64,000 nucleotides of DNA from Verrucomicrobia bacterium UBA6053. GTDB taxonomy: Bacteria > Verrucomicrobiota > Kiritimatiellia > SS1-B-03-39 > UBA6053. The notes under the pieces were generated by a model, which saw only the letters and a program-made list of their open reading frames with translations, was not told the DNA's origin and made no database searches. Below, one piece after another: positions 18,587 to 28,193 of the stretch. Each line of letters begins with the position of its first letter. Position 1 is the first letter of the stretch. The stretch is from positions 21,727-85,726 of the forward strand of contig DIYN01000048.1 in the NCBI GenBank assembly GCA_002429065.1. Reading direction: 5' to 3'. The position numbers and the translations under genes were made by a program.

Positions 18587-19981
18587 TCAGCGGCGTCTTC
18601 TACGCCGCGGCCGACGGCCATGGGTATGCGGGCGACCGGAACGTTCGCGGGGGGGAGGAGCTTTCTTGAGGTCCTGACTCCAGGCGGCAATCAGGTCAGG
18701 TTGCGGTTTCTCCAGTGCAAGTGCATCAAACTTAAACAGGACCAGGGCATCCCGGAAGAAGGGACGGTGCAGGAACCGGCTGATACGCTGGGCGCTCCGG
18801 CGGTCCTCAAACCGTTTCTGATGAAACAGCAGGTCAAACATCCGGAACGCAATGCGTTTGGGGATGAGAATCCGGTCAACCAGGCATTTCTGCACCTCGA
18901 ATACGGCCTCCATGCAGGCATCCCGGGGAGACAGGTCGCCGGCGGCCTCTTTTTCCCGCCAGACAGACCGAATCCAGGGAGCAAGTAACAGGGTATACGC
19001 CAGTTCCTGTGACGCTTTCACCTTGTGTGTTTTCCATTTGTCCAACTGCTGCAGGGCTTTGGTTAACCACTGCTTCTCCGAGTCGGTTGCCTGTTCCCGA
19101 TACCAGTCTGAGAATCCTGGGAACATCACATCGAAGAGTCCGGTCTCCATCCAGAGGGAAAACGCTTTTTCCATTGCCCCGGAATACATGAATTTGAGGA
19201 TTTCCTCGTACATCCGCGCATGGCTGGCATGGGCCATTTGCCCACATTGGGACTGGATACCGGCGTAGGTTTCGCGTTCGATATCGAGGTCCAGCGTACT
19301 GGCGAAGCGAACCGCACGGATCATGCGGACGGGATCTTCCTGATACCGCTGCTCCGGGTCGCCAATGCACCGTACAATCCGGGCTTTCAGGTCGCTGAGG
19401 CCACCTGAATAATCAATAATCGAGAAATCCTCGATGTCATAGAACAGGGAGTTAATGGTGAAGTCCCGCCGGAAAGCATCCTCCTCGGGCGTTCCGTATT
19501 CATTGTCGCGGAGGACTACTCCGGTTTCCTCATTCACCACCACATCCTCAGTCGCGGGTGCAGGTTCCGGTTCGGCCTCATCCAGCTCCTCGTGTTCTGC
19601 AGCCGTTTCCATCTCCTCCAGTCCGGGCTCCTGGTCCTCCGGATCTTCCTCCACCTCATCCTCTTCCGGTTCGGAGGATACCAAGGCCCGGAAGGTCGCC
19701 ACTTCAATGATTTCATCCCGGAACATGACGTGAGCGAGCCGGAAACGGCGGCCAATCAACCGGCAATTCCGGAAGCACCGTTTGACTTCCTGGGGGGTGG
19801 CGTCCGTCACCACATCAAAATCCTTCGGACTGAACCCCAGCATCAGGTCCCGCACACATCCTCCTGCCAGATACGCCTTGTAGCCTTTTTCATTCAGCCG
19901 GTAGAGCACCGTCAGGGCATTTCGGCTGATGTTTTTACGGCTGACGACGTGATCGGAGCGTTGAAGTATCGTGGGTTCCAT
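18587..19981 (-). CDS. pcnB: poly(A) polymerase I
   Basis: NALTVLYRLNEKGYKAYLAGGCVRDLMLGFSPKDFDVVTDATPQEVKRCFRNCRLIGRRFRLAHVMFRDEIIEVATFR is nearly collinear with E. coli PcnB. It has an acidic insertion and an Arg-rich tail. ATG at 19981 (MEPTILQ) preferred. Confidence 0.9.
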   Translation of the reverse strand: MEPTILQRSDHVVSRKNISRNALTVLYRLNEKGYKAYLAGGCVRDLMLGFSPKDFDVVTDATPQEVKRCFRNCRLIGRRFRLAHVMFRDEIIEVATFRALVSSEPEEDEVEEDPEDQEPGLEEMETAAEHEELDEAEPEPAPATEDVVVNEETGVVLRDNEYGTPEEDAFRRDFTINSLFYDIEDFSIIDYSGGLSDLKARIVRCIGDPEQRYQEDPVRMIRAVRFASTLDLDIERETYAGIQSQCGQMAHASHARMYEEILKFMYSGAMEKAFSLWMETGLFDVMFPGFSDWYREQATDSEKQWLTKALQQLDKWKTHKVKASQELAYTLLLAPWIRSVWREKEAAGDLSPRDACMEAVFEVQKCLVDRILIPKRIAFRMFDLLFHQKRFEDRRSAQRISRFLHRPFFRDALVLFKFDALALEKPQPDLIAAWSQDLKKAPPPRERSGRPHTHGRRPRRRRRR

Positions 19982-20065
19982 GTATAGATGAATTTTCGCT
20001 TTGAGTCCCTTACGGACTCCCCAATCGAAACGCAACAGGAAAAGAAAATCCCCCCCGGAGGCTCC

Positions 20066-21142
20066 ATGAAGAAGAAATCTGAATCGTTGTTAAAACAGTT
20101 GCTCGAGTCGGTCAGCCCGTCCGGATATGAAGGTCCTGCTGCTGATATTTTCCGGGAGGAGGCCAGGGGGTTTGCCGATGAGGTGATCCGTGACCGTCAT
20201 GGAAATACGATGGCGAAAGTCGAGGGGTCAGATGGAGATCTGCGGGTGATGTTTGCCGGCCATTGCGATGAAATCGGATTTCTGGTCACGCATATCGATG
20301 CCAAAGGATTTCTCTGGATTGCCCCGATCGGGGGCTGGGACCCCCAGATCGCACAGGGACAACGTGTTCAGGTTCGCGGCCGAAACGGTGTCATCCCCGG
20401 TGTGATCGGCAAGAAGCCGATTCACCTGATGACTCCTGAGGACCGCCGGAATGTGGTACAGCTCAAGGATCTCTGGGTGGATATCGGGGCTGCGAGCAAG
20501 AAAGAGGCGGAAAAAGTGGTCGATGTCGGGGATCCCCTGGTGCTGGGCTACGGATATCAGAAACTCGCGGGTCATACCATTGCGGCCAGAGGAATGGACA
20601 ACCGGATCGGTTCTTTTGTGGTGCTGGAGGCCGCACGCAAAGTGGCCAAAGCCAAACAACAGGCTGCCGCCACGCTGTACAGTGTGGCCACGGTGCAGGA
20701 GGAAATCGGTCTCCGGGGGGCCACCACCTCCGCCTACGGGGTGGATGCCCAGGTGGGGATCGCGGTGGATGTTACGTTTGCCACCGATCATCCCTCACAG
20801 GGGGATGCCAAACGCCAGTTTAACGATTGTGAACTCGGCAAGGGGCCCGTTCTCACCCGGGGGCCCAATGCCCATCCCCGGCTCTTTGACCGGATTGTGA
20901 AAACCGCCAAAGCCCATAACATTCCATTGCAAATCAGTGCCGAAGGACGGGGAACCGGAACCGATGGAAATGCGATGCAGCTCAGTCGTGCCGGCATGGC
21001 GACAGCCATTCTCAGTATCCCCAACCGTTACATGCACAGCCCCTCTGAAATGGTGGACCTCCGGGATGTCGAGCATTGCATCGATCTCATGGCCCACGTG
21101 GTGCTGGAACTGGAAGCTGACGCCGATCTGACCCCCTTCTAG
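20066..21142 (+). CDS. M42 family metallopeptidase (FrvX/YpdE-like)
   Basis: GHCDEIGFLVTHIDAKGFLWIAPIGGW and QEEIGLRGA are typical M42 motifs. ATG at 20066 (MKKKSESLL). Confidence 0.85.
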   Translation: MKKKSESLLKQLLESVSPSGYEGPAADIFREEARGFADEVIRDRHGNTMAKVEGSDGDLRVMFAGHCDEIGFLVTHIDAKGFLWIAPIGGWDPQIAQGQRVQVRGRNGVIPGVIGKKPIHLMTPEDRRNVVQLKDLWVDIGAASKKEAEKVVDVGDPLVLGYGYQKLAGHTIAARGMDNRIGSFVVLEAARKVAKAKQQAAATLYSVATVQEEIGLRGATTSAYGVDAQVGIAVDVTFATDHPSQGDAKRQFNDCELGKGPVLTRGPNAHPRLFDRIVKTAKAHNIPLQISAEGRGTGTDGNAMQLSRAGMATAILSIPNRYMHSPSEMVDLRDVEHCIDLMAHVVLELEADADLTPF

Positions 21143-21146
21143 AGAG

Positions 21147-23225
21147 ATGAATAAGCATATTGATCCTGAATGGTTTCGGCAGCCGCTTGCAGGAGATGAG
21201 AATCCCTGGGTGCTGAAAACCCGCGATCCCTTTTCTCCCCATCACCGGGATGCCTGCATCGGCAACGGACTGGTGGGAACCCGGGTGACGGTTTGGGGGG
21301 ATGCCTCTGGGTATGCTCCCGGCTCCACCAGTTTTATGGCGGGACTGTGGGGGGAGGCGACAGACAACCCGGACCGACCCCAGGGATTGGTGGAACTGCC
21401 CCACTGGGCAACCCTGACCCTGTCCACCGGTGACCGGGAACTTCGTCGTTCGGCCCGTGAGATTTCGGACTATTCCCAGGAATTGAAGATCCGCACCGCG
21501 AACGTGGACACCCAATGGAGGGAGGTCGGTGTAGACGGTCCCCTCCACCAGACGCGAAGAATGTGGCTGGCTCGTGGTCACGCCCACATTGCGGTGCTGG
21601 AGGCTGGCTGTACGCTTGATCCGGAGGACTACCATGGCGGGCGGGTGTTTGCAGAAGAAACACTGGATTCTCTCCACAATGTCGGGGTGTCAAACGCGTC
21701 GACCTCCTTTGACGCGGGGGATGCGGTACTCAGCCTGGATCTTTCACCGTTTGGCCGGCGATTGGTGATCCGTTCCCGCCTTCTGATCGATGGGCAGGTG
21801 ACCCGGGAACAACAGCAGACCTCCGAGCGTGTTTTGCGTCGCAGGGTGTGGCTGAAAGGGGCCAAAGGGGCTTCGATCCAGGTGAAAAAAGTCGTGGCCA
21901 TTGTCTCGTCCAAACAGTATGCCGATCCGGATGCGGAGGCGAAGAAGCAGTTGGACGCCGCCTGTGAGGATCTTGACGCGGTGTGGGCGGGTCACACCGC
22001 GGCCTGGGACGATCTCTGGAAGGGGTATGTCGAGTGTGATCATCCCCGGCTGCAGCAACTGGCCAACCTTTCTCTGTTCTCTCTCTATAACACGCTTCGG
22101 GACGGACTCCGGGATTCACATGGTCCATGTGGTCTGTTTGGAAACGGATGGGACAACAATGTGTTCTGGGATACGGATCTGTGGACCCATCCCGCGCTGA
22201 CGCTCTTCCGTCCCGCGATTGGAAAATCCGTGGCCGCCTACCGGTATGACACCATTGGCGGGGCCCGTCGAAATGCGGAAGCGGAAGGCGAAGTAGGCGC
22301 GCGTTACAGTTGGCAGAGCGGGGATACCGGGGATGAGGCCTGTTCGATGCAGGTCTTCCGCGATGAACGGCATATCGTCAGCTGCGTCGCCATGGGACAG
22401 TGGCTGTATGCGGTGTCCGCCGGAGATACCGACTGGCTGCGCAACGAAGGACTCGACGTCTTCAAAGGCTGTGCGGAATACTGGGCTGGCAAAGCGGAGA
22501 AAGATCCCGACGGAAGCTATCACATCCGGCATGTCTGCGGATCCGACGAACACGCCGGGTATGTGGACGACAACGCCACCACCAACTGGGGGGCGACCTG
22601 GACCCTCCGCAAAGCCGCAGCCCTGATGCGGGATGCAGGCGAAACCCCACCGCCCGAATGGGAAGAAGTGGCCGAAGGCCTGGTGATCCTCATGGATGAG
22701 GACCGCAACATCCCCTTGCAGATGGAGCAGTGGCAGCATGGACAGGTGATCAAACAGGCCGACACCACCATGCTGGTTCATCCGTGGCACTATCCCATGG
22801 ACGATGACATGATTCAGCGGACTGTGGATTACTACCGCGAGCACTATCAGGATCAGCCGATCATGATGGGGTTCGCGATTGACGGAATTCTGGACTGCCG
22901 GCTTGGGCGGGAGGCCGAGGTGACCGACACGCTGGAACGGCTCCTGGCCTACTTCCGTCCGCCGTATCTGGTGAATACAGAAGCACCGACCAATGAACGG
23001 TTACTGTTTGTCACCGGACTGGGCGGATTTCTCCAGTTCCTTGCCATGGGCATGGCCGGACTCATGACCGATGAACCCGAGGCGCTCCGCAGTGGCTGGT
23101 CCTGCCTGCCGACCGGGGTGAACCGCCTGGTGCTGCACGGGGTCCATCATGGAGGCGTGCCTCATCAGGTAGAGGTTCTTCGCGCTGAGGATGGGGCCAC
23201 ATCGACCACGATTACGAAGGTCTAA
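21147..23225 (+). CDS. glycoside hydrolase family 65-like (alpha-glucoside phosphorylase/hydrolase fold)
   Basis: NVFWDTDLW, GARYSWQSGDTGDEAC and GSDEHAGYVDDNATTNW resemble the conserved GH65 catalytic-domain motifs. Confidence 0.7.
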   Translation: MNKHIDPEWFRQPLAGDENPWVLKTRDPFSPHHRDACIGNGLVGTRVTVWGDASGYAPGSTSFMAGLWGEATDNPDRPQGLVELPHWATLTLSTGDRELRRSAREISDYSQELKIRTANVDTQWREVGVDGPLHQTRRMWLARGHAHIAVLEAGCTLDPEDYHGGRVFAEETLDSLHNVGVSNASTSFDAGDAVLSLDLSPFGRRLVIRSRLLIDGQVTREQQQTSERVLRRRVWLKGAKGASIQVKKVVAIVSSKQYADPDAEAKKQLDAACEDLDAVWAGHTAAWDDLWKGYVECDHPRLQQLANLSLFSLYNTLRDGLRDSHGPCGLFGNGWDNNVFWDTDLWTHPALTLFRPAIGKSVAAYRYDTIGGARRNAEAEGEVGARYSWQSGDTGDEACSMQVFRDERHIVSCVAMGQWLYAVSAGDTDWLRNEGLDVFKGCAEYWAGKAEKDPDGSYHIRHVCGSDEHAGYVDDNATTNWGATWTLRKAAALMRDAGETPPPEWEEVAEGLVILMDEDRNIPLQMEQWQHGQVIKQADTTMLVHPWHYPMDDDMIQRTVDYYREHYQDQPIMMGFAIDGILDCRLGREAEVTDTLERLLAYFRPPYLVNTEAPTNERLLFVTGLGGFLQFLAMGMAGLMTDEPEALRSGWSCLPTGVNRLVLHGVHHGGVPHQVEVLRAEDGATSTTITKV

Positions 23226-23249
23226 TGGGGAGCGCGGGATCCGTCTTTC

Positions 23250-23741
23250 TCATGTCCTGTTTCGGATGTGAGAAATAATAAGAGACGGCAGTAAAAACAA
23301 CATGCAGACGCTGGCGATGTAGCACCCCGCAGTGATGGAATAGAGTGTGTCTGCCAAACTCATTGCCAGGTAGTTTCCTCCCCGTGCACCTTCAACCCCA
23401 ACGAAAGCGACGTGCGCGAAGGTTCGGATGATCCCCAGGGACAATCCGATCATCCCGAGAAGAAAGGCCCATGCGGAAAGCCAGATCAGCAGGGTTGTGG
23501 CCAGAGGACGAGACCCCCGGGTTGACCGGAGTGAGTTCACAATGGACGTGATTCCAAGTGGAAGACTGGCCAGACCGGCAAGCAGGATGCCTGACCAGTT
23601 CAGAATTCCCACATATCCACCCTCTTTCAACATGCTCAAAAAAGAGGGCTCTGGAAGATCCGCAACGATGACTTCCTGACTGAAACTGGTGACGGGCAAA
23701 AGGAGTGCCAGCAGCAGGACTCTGAATGCAGTCTTCTTCAT
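23250..23741 (-). CDS. membrane protein, possibly MotA/TolQ/ExbB-like
   Basis: Signal peptide plus 3-4 TM helices. LLGMIGLSLGIIRTF and LAMSLADTLYSITAGCYIA weakly resemble ExbB/TolQ motifs. No ExbD partner nearby. Confidence 0.35.
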   Translation of the reverse strand: MKKTAFRVLLLALLLPVTSFSQEVIVADLPEPSFLSMLKEGGYVGILNWSGILLAGLASLPLGITSIVNSLRSTRGSRPLATTLLIWLSAWAFLLGMIGLSLGIIRTFAHVAFVGVEGARGGNYLAMSLADTLYSITAGCYIASVCMLFLLPSLIISHIRNRT

Positions 23742-24007
23742 GAAGCGTCATTTTGTTCCGGATCCTTCCCCCACCGCCAGGAAGGTTTTTCGCCTTTGAG
23801 CCAGCAGATGACGATGAGGAGCACGGTCAGCAGGATCACACTGGTGTAGTAGAGGGCAGGGTACCCTACCGGATTCCAGACAATGGCAATGAGGGTAATG
23901 CCCAGGATGTAGCCCAGGAGGACAACCCATCCCTGCCAGGTGCAGGGGATCCCCCAGCCCCATCCGTAGGTCTTTGCCGGAAACCAATAAGCAGGTTTTG
24001 TATTCAT
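23738..24007 (-). CDS. small membrane protein (hypothetical)
   Basis: ATG at 24007 (MNTKPAYWFPAKTYGWGWG...). Two TM helices. ATGA overlap with the downstream gene at 23738-23741. Confidence 0.4.
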   Translation of the reverse strand: MNTKPAYWFPAKTYGWGWGIPCTWQGWVVLLGYILGITLIAIVWNPVGYPALYYTSVILLTVLLIVICWLKGEKPSWRWGKDPEQNDAS

Positions 24008-24197
24008 GGATGTATCAAACCATGTCCAGGGGGCTTCCACAATTACAAACAGGACAGGGCCTTGTAAGGGGAGGACTTTGCTGAATCGATAACGATACCG
24101 ATTTTGATAGGGACCGTTTTTGTGGTCTTTGTGTGCTTTCCATGAGACCATCCCACCTGCGTCTTGACCCGCAGGGGATTAACGGGCATGAGGAGGC

Positions 24198-25130
24198 GTG
24201 CTGCGAACCCTGTTTCATCGTCTGTTTCTCCAAGCCCTGCCTACACTGTTTGTCCTCTCGGCATTGAGCTTCCTGCTGGTTCGGCTCGCTCCAGGCAGCC
24301 CGTTTGCCAGTGAGAAAGAACAGTCCCAGCAGACCCTCGATACACTGAATGCCACCTACGGGCTGGATCAGCCGATTCCGGTTCAGTACCTCCGGTATAT
24401 GGGCGGGCTGGTCCGCGGGGATTTGGGACCGAGTCTGGTGAAACCTGGACGGACAGTGTTTGAGTTGATCCAAACGGCCCTTCCGGTTTCCATACAGCTT
24501 GGGTTCCTCGCGCTGATCTTCGCAATCAGTGTCGGGATTCCCATGGGGGTATTTGCGGCCGTGAATCATAATCGATGGGGCGATTATCTGTGTATGGGAC
24601 TGGCGCTGATCGGGGTCTGTATTCCGGGATTTGTGCTGGGCCCCCTGCTTTCACTGCAATTCGGACTGAACTGGGGCTGGTTTCCCGTGATTGGCTGGGA
24701 GGAGCCCATAGACCGGGTGCTGCCGACAATCTCTCTCGGGTCGATTTATGCCGCGTATATCGCCCGACTCGCCCGAGGAGGGATGCTGGAGGAGCTTGGA
24801 AAGGATTACATCCGAACGGCCCGTTCCAAGGGGCTGTCTGAATGGAAGGTGGTATGGAAGCATGCGCTCCGGGGTGGCATCCAGCCGGTGATCACCTTTC
24901 TCGGACCTGCCGCCGCCGGGTTGCTCACCGGTGCATTTGTGGTGGAGAGTATTTTTGAGATTCCGGGCATGGGAGAGGTGATTGTCGGGGCGGCCACCGA
25001 GAGGGATCTCTTTCTGGTGATGGGGAGTGTGATGTTGTTCGGTTCGGTGCTGATCCTGTTTAACACCATTGCCGACCTTTTGCTGGCCTGGCTGAATCCG
25101 CGGATTCGACTTCACAAGGAGTCGAAATGA
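24198..25130 (+). CDS. peptide/nickel-type ABC transporter permease (OppB/DppB-like)
   Basis: Typical N-terminus LAPGSPF and the EAA-region YIRTARSKGLSEWKVVWKHALR. GTG start preceded by AGGAGG. Confidence 0.9.
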   Translation: MLRTLFHRLFLQALPTLFVLSALSFLLVRLAPGSPFASEKEQSQQTLDTLNATYGLDQPIPVQYLRYMGGLVRGDLGPSLVKPGRTVFELIQTALPVSIQLGFLALIFAISVGIPMGVFAAVNHNRWGDYLCMGLALIGVCIPGFVLGPLLSLQFGLNWGWFPVIGWEEPIDRVLPTISLGSIYAAYIARLARGGMLEELGKDYIRTARSKGLSEWKVVWKHALRGGIQPVITFLGPAAAGLLTGAFVVESIFEIPGMGEVIVGAATERDLFLVMGSVMLFGSVLILFNTIADLLLAWLNPRIRLHKESK

Positions 25131-26902
25131 TTCTGGAAAAAGGAACCTCTCTCGGGCGGGATGCCTGGCGGAGGCTGTTGCACAACAAAGCGGCCACTGC
25201 AGGCCTGATTCTGTTGATGGCCATGATCCTGATCTGTGTGATTGGCCCCTGGATCTCTCCGTACACTCAGGAGGAAATGAACTGGGATGCGATCAATGCT
25301 CCACCCAGCGTGAAGCACTGGATGGGTACGGACGCCACTGGACGGGATCTGCTGACCCGGACCATGCACGGGGGACGCATTTCTTTTTCTGTGGCGCTTG
25401 CCGCCACCATGGTCTCCCTTCTGATCGGGGTGGCCTACGGAGGAATCAGCGGGTACCGGGGCGGGAAAACCGATGCGGTGATGATGCGGGTCGTCGATGT
25501 TCTTTACGGGCTTCCCTTTACTCTGCTGGTCATTCTCTTGGTGTCGATTTTTGAGAAGAGCCTGATGCTTCTTTTTATCGCCATCGGCGCAGTGGAATGG
25601 CTGACCATGGCCCGGATTGTCCGGGGAGAAGTGCTGGGCCTTTGCCGGCAGGAGTTTGTCGAAGCCTGCCGTGTGTTGGGGTACAGCAACCTGCGGATCC
25701 TGTTCCGGCATATTATTCCCAATGTGCTGGGGACGATCATCATTTACATCACGCTGACCATCCCCAGTATCATGCTGCTGGAGGCCTTTCTGAGCTTTCT
25801 GGGACTCGGGGTTCAGGCTCCCATGGCCTCCTGGGGGAGTTTGATCAAGGAGGGCGCCTTTGCCATGGAGGACATGCCCTGGCAGATGATTGTGCCCGGT
25901 TCCGCCCTTTTCTTCACCCTGCTGGCCCTTAACTTTTTAGGAGACGGCCTCCGGGATGCTCTGGATCCCCGCCGTATTTCCCACGCATCGACCACACCGC
26001 CTCCCGAACATTCCGACTCTGAGCCCGGCCCTGCAGCTGTGGCAGGTTCGGAGGAAACGGGCAGCCTCCTCACCGTTCGGAACCTCAATGTCACGTTTCC
26101 TCAACGCCAGGGAATTCTGCGTGCCGTTCAGAACGTGGGGTTTGTACTGAATCAGGGAGAAGCTCTGGGAATCGTTGGCGAGAGCGGAAGCGGAAAATCC
26201 GTGACGGTCTCTTCTCTGATGGGCCTGGTTCCCTCTCCGCCTGCCACGATCTCGGGGTCCGCGGTGTTCCGGGAATCGGAACTGATCGGGGCCTCCGCTT
26301 CCGATCTCCGGAAGATCCGCGGGGACAAGATCAGCATGATCTTTCAGGACCCCATGACCTCCCTCAATCCGCATCAGCGGGTGGTGGACCAGGTGGCGGA
26401 ACCCTTGCGGATTCACCGGGGGGTGGGAAAGGCCGCGGCGAGGAAACGTGCAGTGGAAGTCCTGGAGGAAGTCGGGATCCGTGATGCGGCCAAACGTGCG
26501 ATGTCCTGGCCGCATGAATTTTCCGGTGGGATGCGGCAGCGGGTGATGATTGCAATGGCCATGATTACCGAACCGGATCTGCTGATCGCCGATGAACCCA
26601 CCACCGCACTCGATGTGACCGTTCAGCGTCAGATTCTTGAACTGATTGCCCGCATGCGCAAGGACCACGGGACGGCGGTGCTGTTTATCAGTCATGACCT
26701 CGCCGTGGTATCAGCGGTGTGTGACCGGATTGCGGTGATGAAAGACGGTGTGATGGTGGAACAGGGGACCGCAGAGGACGTGATGGAGCGTCCACAGCAC
26801 GCCTACACCCACGCATTGCTCAACTGTCATCCCGGACTTCATGAACCCGGAAGCCGGCTGATGACATTGGATCAGATGGCGGAAACGGGAGGTCGACTCT
26901 GA
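25127..26902 (+). CDS. fused ABC permease (OppC/DppC-like) and ATPase (OppD/DppD-like)
   Basis: The N-terminal ~290 aa is a permease (WMGTDATGRDLLTR, EFVEACRVLGYS). A Pro/Ser linker follows, then an ATPase with Walker A GESGSGKS, signature FSGGMRQR and Walker B LLIADEPTTALD. Confidence 0.9.
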   Translation: MILEKGTSLGRDAWRRLLHNKAATAGLILLMAMILICVIGPWISPYTQEEMNWDAINAPPSVKHWMGTDATGRDLLTRTMHGGRISFSVALAATMVSLLIGVAYGGISGYRGGKTDAVMMRVVDVLYGLPFTLLVILLVSIFEKSLMLLFIAIGAVEWLTMARIVRGEVLGLCRQEFVEACRVLGYSNLRILFRHIIPNVLGTIIIYITLTIPSIMLLEAFLSFLGLGVQAPMASWGSLIKEGAFAMEDMPWQMIVPGSALFFTLLALNFLGDGLRDALDPRRISHASTTPPPEHSDSEPGPAAVAGSEETGSLLTVRNLNVTFPQRQGILRAVQNVGFVLNQGEALGIVGESGSGKSVTVSSLMGLVPSPPATISGSAVFRESELIGASASDLRKIRGDKISMIFQDPMTSLNPHQRVVDQVAEPLRIHRGVGKAAARKRAVEVLEEVGIRDAAKRAMSWPHEFSGGMRQRVMIAMAMITEPDLLIADEPTTALDVTVQRQILELIARMRKDHGTAVLFISHDLAVVSAVCDRIAVMKDGVMVEQGTAEDVMERPQHAYTHALLNCHPGLHEPGSRLMTLDQMAETGGRL

Positions 26903-27660
26903 TGACCATGACCCCGACACTTGAGGTTCAGGACCTCCGGGTCACATTCCCGGTCAAACACGGGGAGCCTGTGAAGGCCGTTGACGGAGTTTCACTTACC
27001 ATTCCTCCCAATGAAACGCTGGGATTGGTTGGAGAATCCGGCTGCGGGAAAACCACGCTTTCCCGTGCAATTCTGGGGCTGATCTCTTTTGAAGGGGAGG
27101 TGTTTCTGGATGGAACCCCCCTGGACTGGAAGCAGGATGAAAAACGTCTCCGCAAGCAGGTGCAGCTGATTTTTCAGGATCCGTTTGCCTCGCTGAATCC
27201 CCGCATGACGGTGGATCAATGTCTGCAGGAGCCCCTGTGGGTGCATGAGCGCTGTCCCCGTGAGGAACGCGTGATACGGGTGAACCAACTGCTGGATCAG
27301 GTGGGGCTGACCCAGGCCGCGAAAGGAAAATATCCCCATGAGTTTTCCGGTGGGCAGCGTCAGAGGGTGGCGATTGCGCGTGCGTTGATTCTGGAACCGG
27401 AATTTGTCATCGCGGATGAACCGGTCTCGGCACTGGATGTCTCCATCCAGGCCCAGATTTTGAATTTACTTCAGGATCTCCGGGAACAGATGGGGCTGAC
27501 CATGCTGTTTATCTCACATGACCTGGCGGTTGTGCGCCATGTGGCGGGCTGCGTCGCAGTCATGAACAAAGGGCAGATTGTGGAGCAGGGGCCATGTGCG
27601 AAGGTGCTGGAAACCCCGGAGCATCCTTATACGCAGACCCTGTTGGATGCGGCGTTTTGA
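26902..27660 (+). CDS. ABC transporter ATP-binding protein (OppF/DppF-like)
   Basis: Walker A GESGCGKTT, signature FSGGQRQR, Walker B FVIADEPVSALD. Confidence 0.9.
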   Translation: MTMTPTLEVQDLRVTFPVKHGEPVKAVDGVSLTIPPNETLGLVGESGCGKTTLSRAILGLISFEGEVFLDGTPLDWKQDEKRLRKQVQLIFQDPFASLNPRMTVDQCLQEPLWVHERCPREERVIRVNQLLDQVGLTQAAKGKYPHEFSGGQRQRVAIARALILEPEFVIADEPVSALDVSIQAQILNLLQDLREQMGLTMLFISHDLAVVRHVAGCVAVMNKGQIVEQGPCAKVLETPEHPYTQTLLDAAF

Positions 27661-27665
27661 ATACG

Positions 27666-27767
27666 GAACACTCAACATCGAACACTCAACATCCAACGTC
27701 CAGCGTATGAATGACCACTTGGATGTTGGACGTTGAATGTTGGCTGTTGGATGTTGGATGTTGGGCT
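27666..27767. repeat. short-period repeat tract: 14-mer x2 then six to seven TTGGNTG heptads, partly self-complementary
   Basis: GAACACTCAACATC occurs twice in tandem (27666-27693). Heptads TTGGATG/TTGGACG/TTGAATG/TTGGCTG/TTGGATG/TTGGATG lie at 27719-27760. CAACATCCAACGTCCA on the left can pair with them. It lies between convergent genes. Confidence 0.85.
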
Positions 27768-27780
27768 AGGCGGCGTAGGA

Positions 27781-28056
27781 TTATCCTCCCGCAATCGGAG
27801 GCAGAATCAGAATTTCGTCGCGGGGCCCCAGTTCCGTTTGAAGACCCTCCAGAGTGGCGATGTCTTCTTCTCCAACAAAAACCCGGGCAAAGCTGCGGAG
27901 ATCTCCGTTTTCTTCGAAGAGAGAGGGTTTTAATTCCGGGTGTGTGTCACACAGGGAAGTGAGCGCCTCCCCCACGGTGGATGCGTCCGTTTTCCATTCA
28001 GGAACGGGGTTGGGTAGGTGACGGCGAAGAGCGGCGGGGATCAGGATGGTGGGCAT
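27781..28056 (-). CDS. MoaD/ThiS/CysO-like sulfur-carrier (ubiquitin-fold) protein ending in GG
   Basis: 91 aa. IPAALRRH...VGEAL..L....PEL...LFEENGDLRSFARVFVGEEDI..LEGL.TEL...DEILILPPIAGG is collinear with CysO/MoaD-type carriers. C-terminal Gly-Gly. Confidence 0.8.
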   Translation of the reverse strand: MPTILIPAALRRHLPNPVPEWKTDASTVGEALTSLCDTHPELKPSLFEENGDLRSFARVFVGEEDIATLEGLQTELGPRDEILILPPIAGG

Positions 28057-28064
28057 ATTGAAGA

Positions 28065-28193
28065 AGAGGTCAGAGGTTAGAGGTCAGAAGTGAATGCAGG
28101 GGTGGGACATGTCCTGCGGTCAACTGTGCATCGAGAAGGGCGCTCCGGTTTCGGTATTTTCGTGAAAACATCATATTCAGACCTCTGACCTCT
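28065..28193. repeat. 13-bp perfect inverted repeat built from GAGGTCA heptads, 103-nt spacer
   Basis: AGAGGTCAGAGGT (28065-28077) is the reverse complement of ACCTCTGACCTCT (28181-28193). Four heptads GAGGTCA/GAGGTTA/GAGGTCA/GAAGTGA lie at 28066-28093. The right arm overlaps the last codons of the E1-like gene. Confidence 0.85.
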
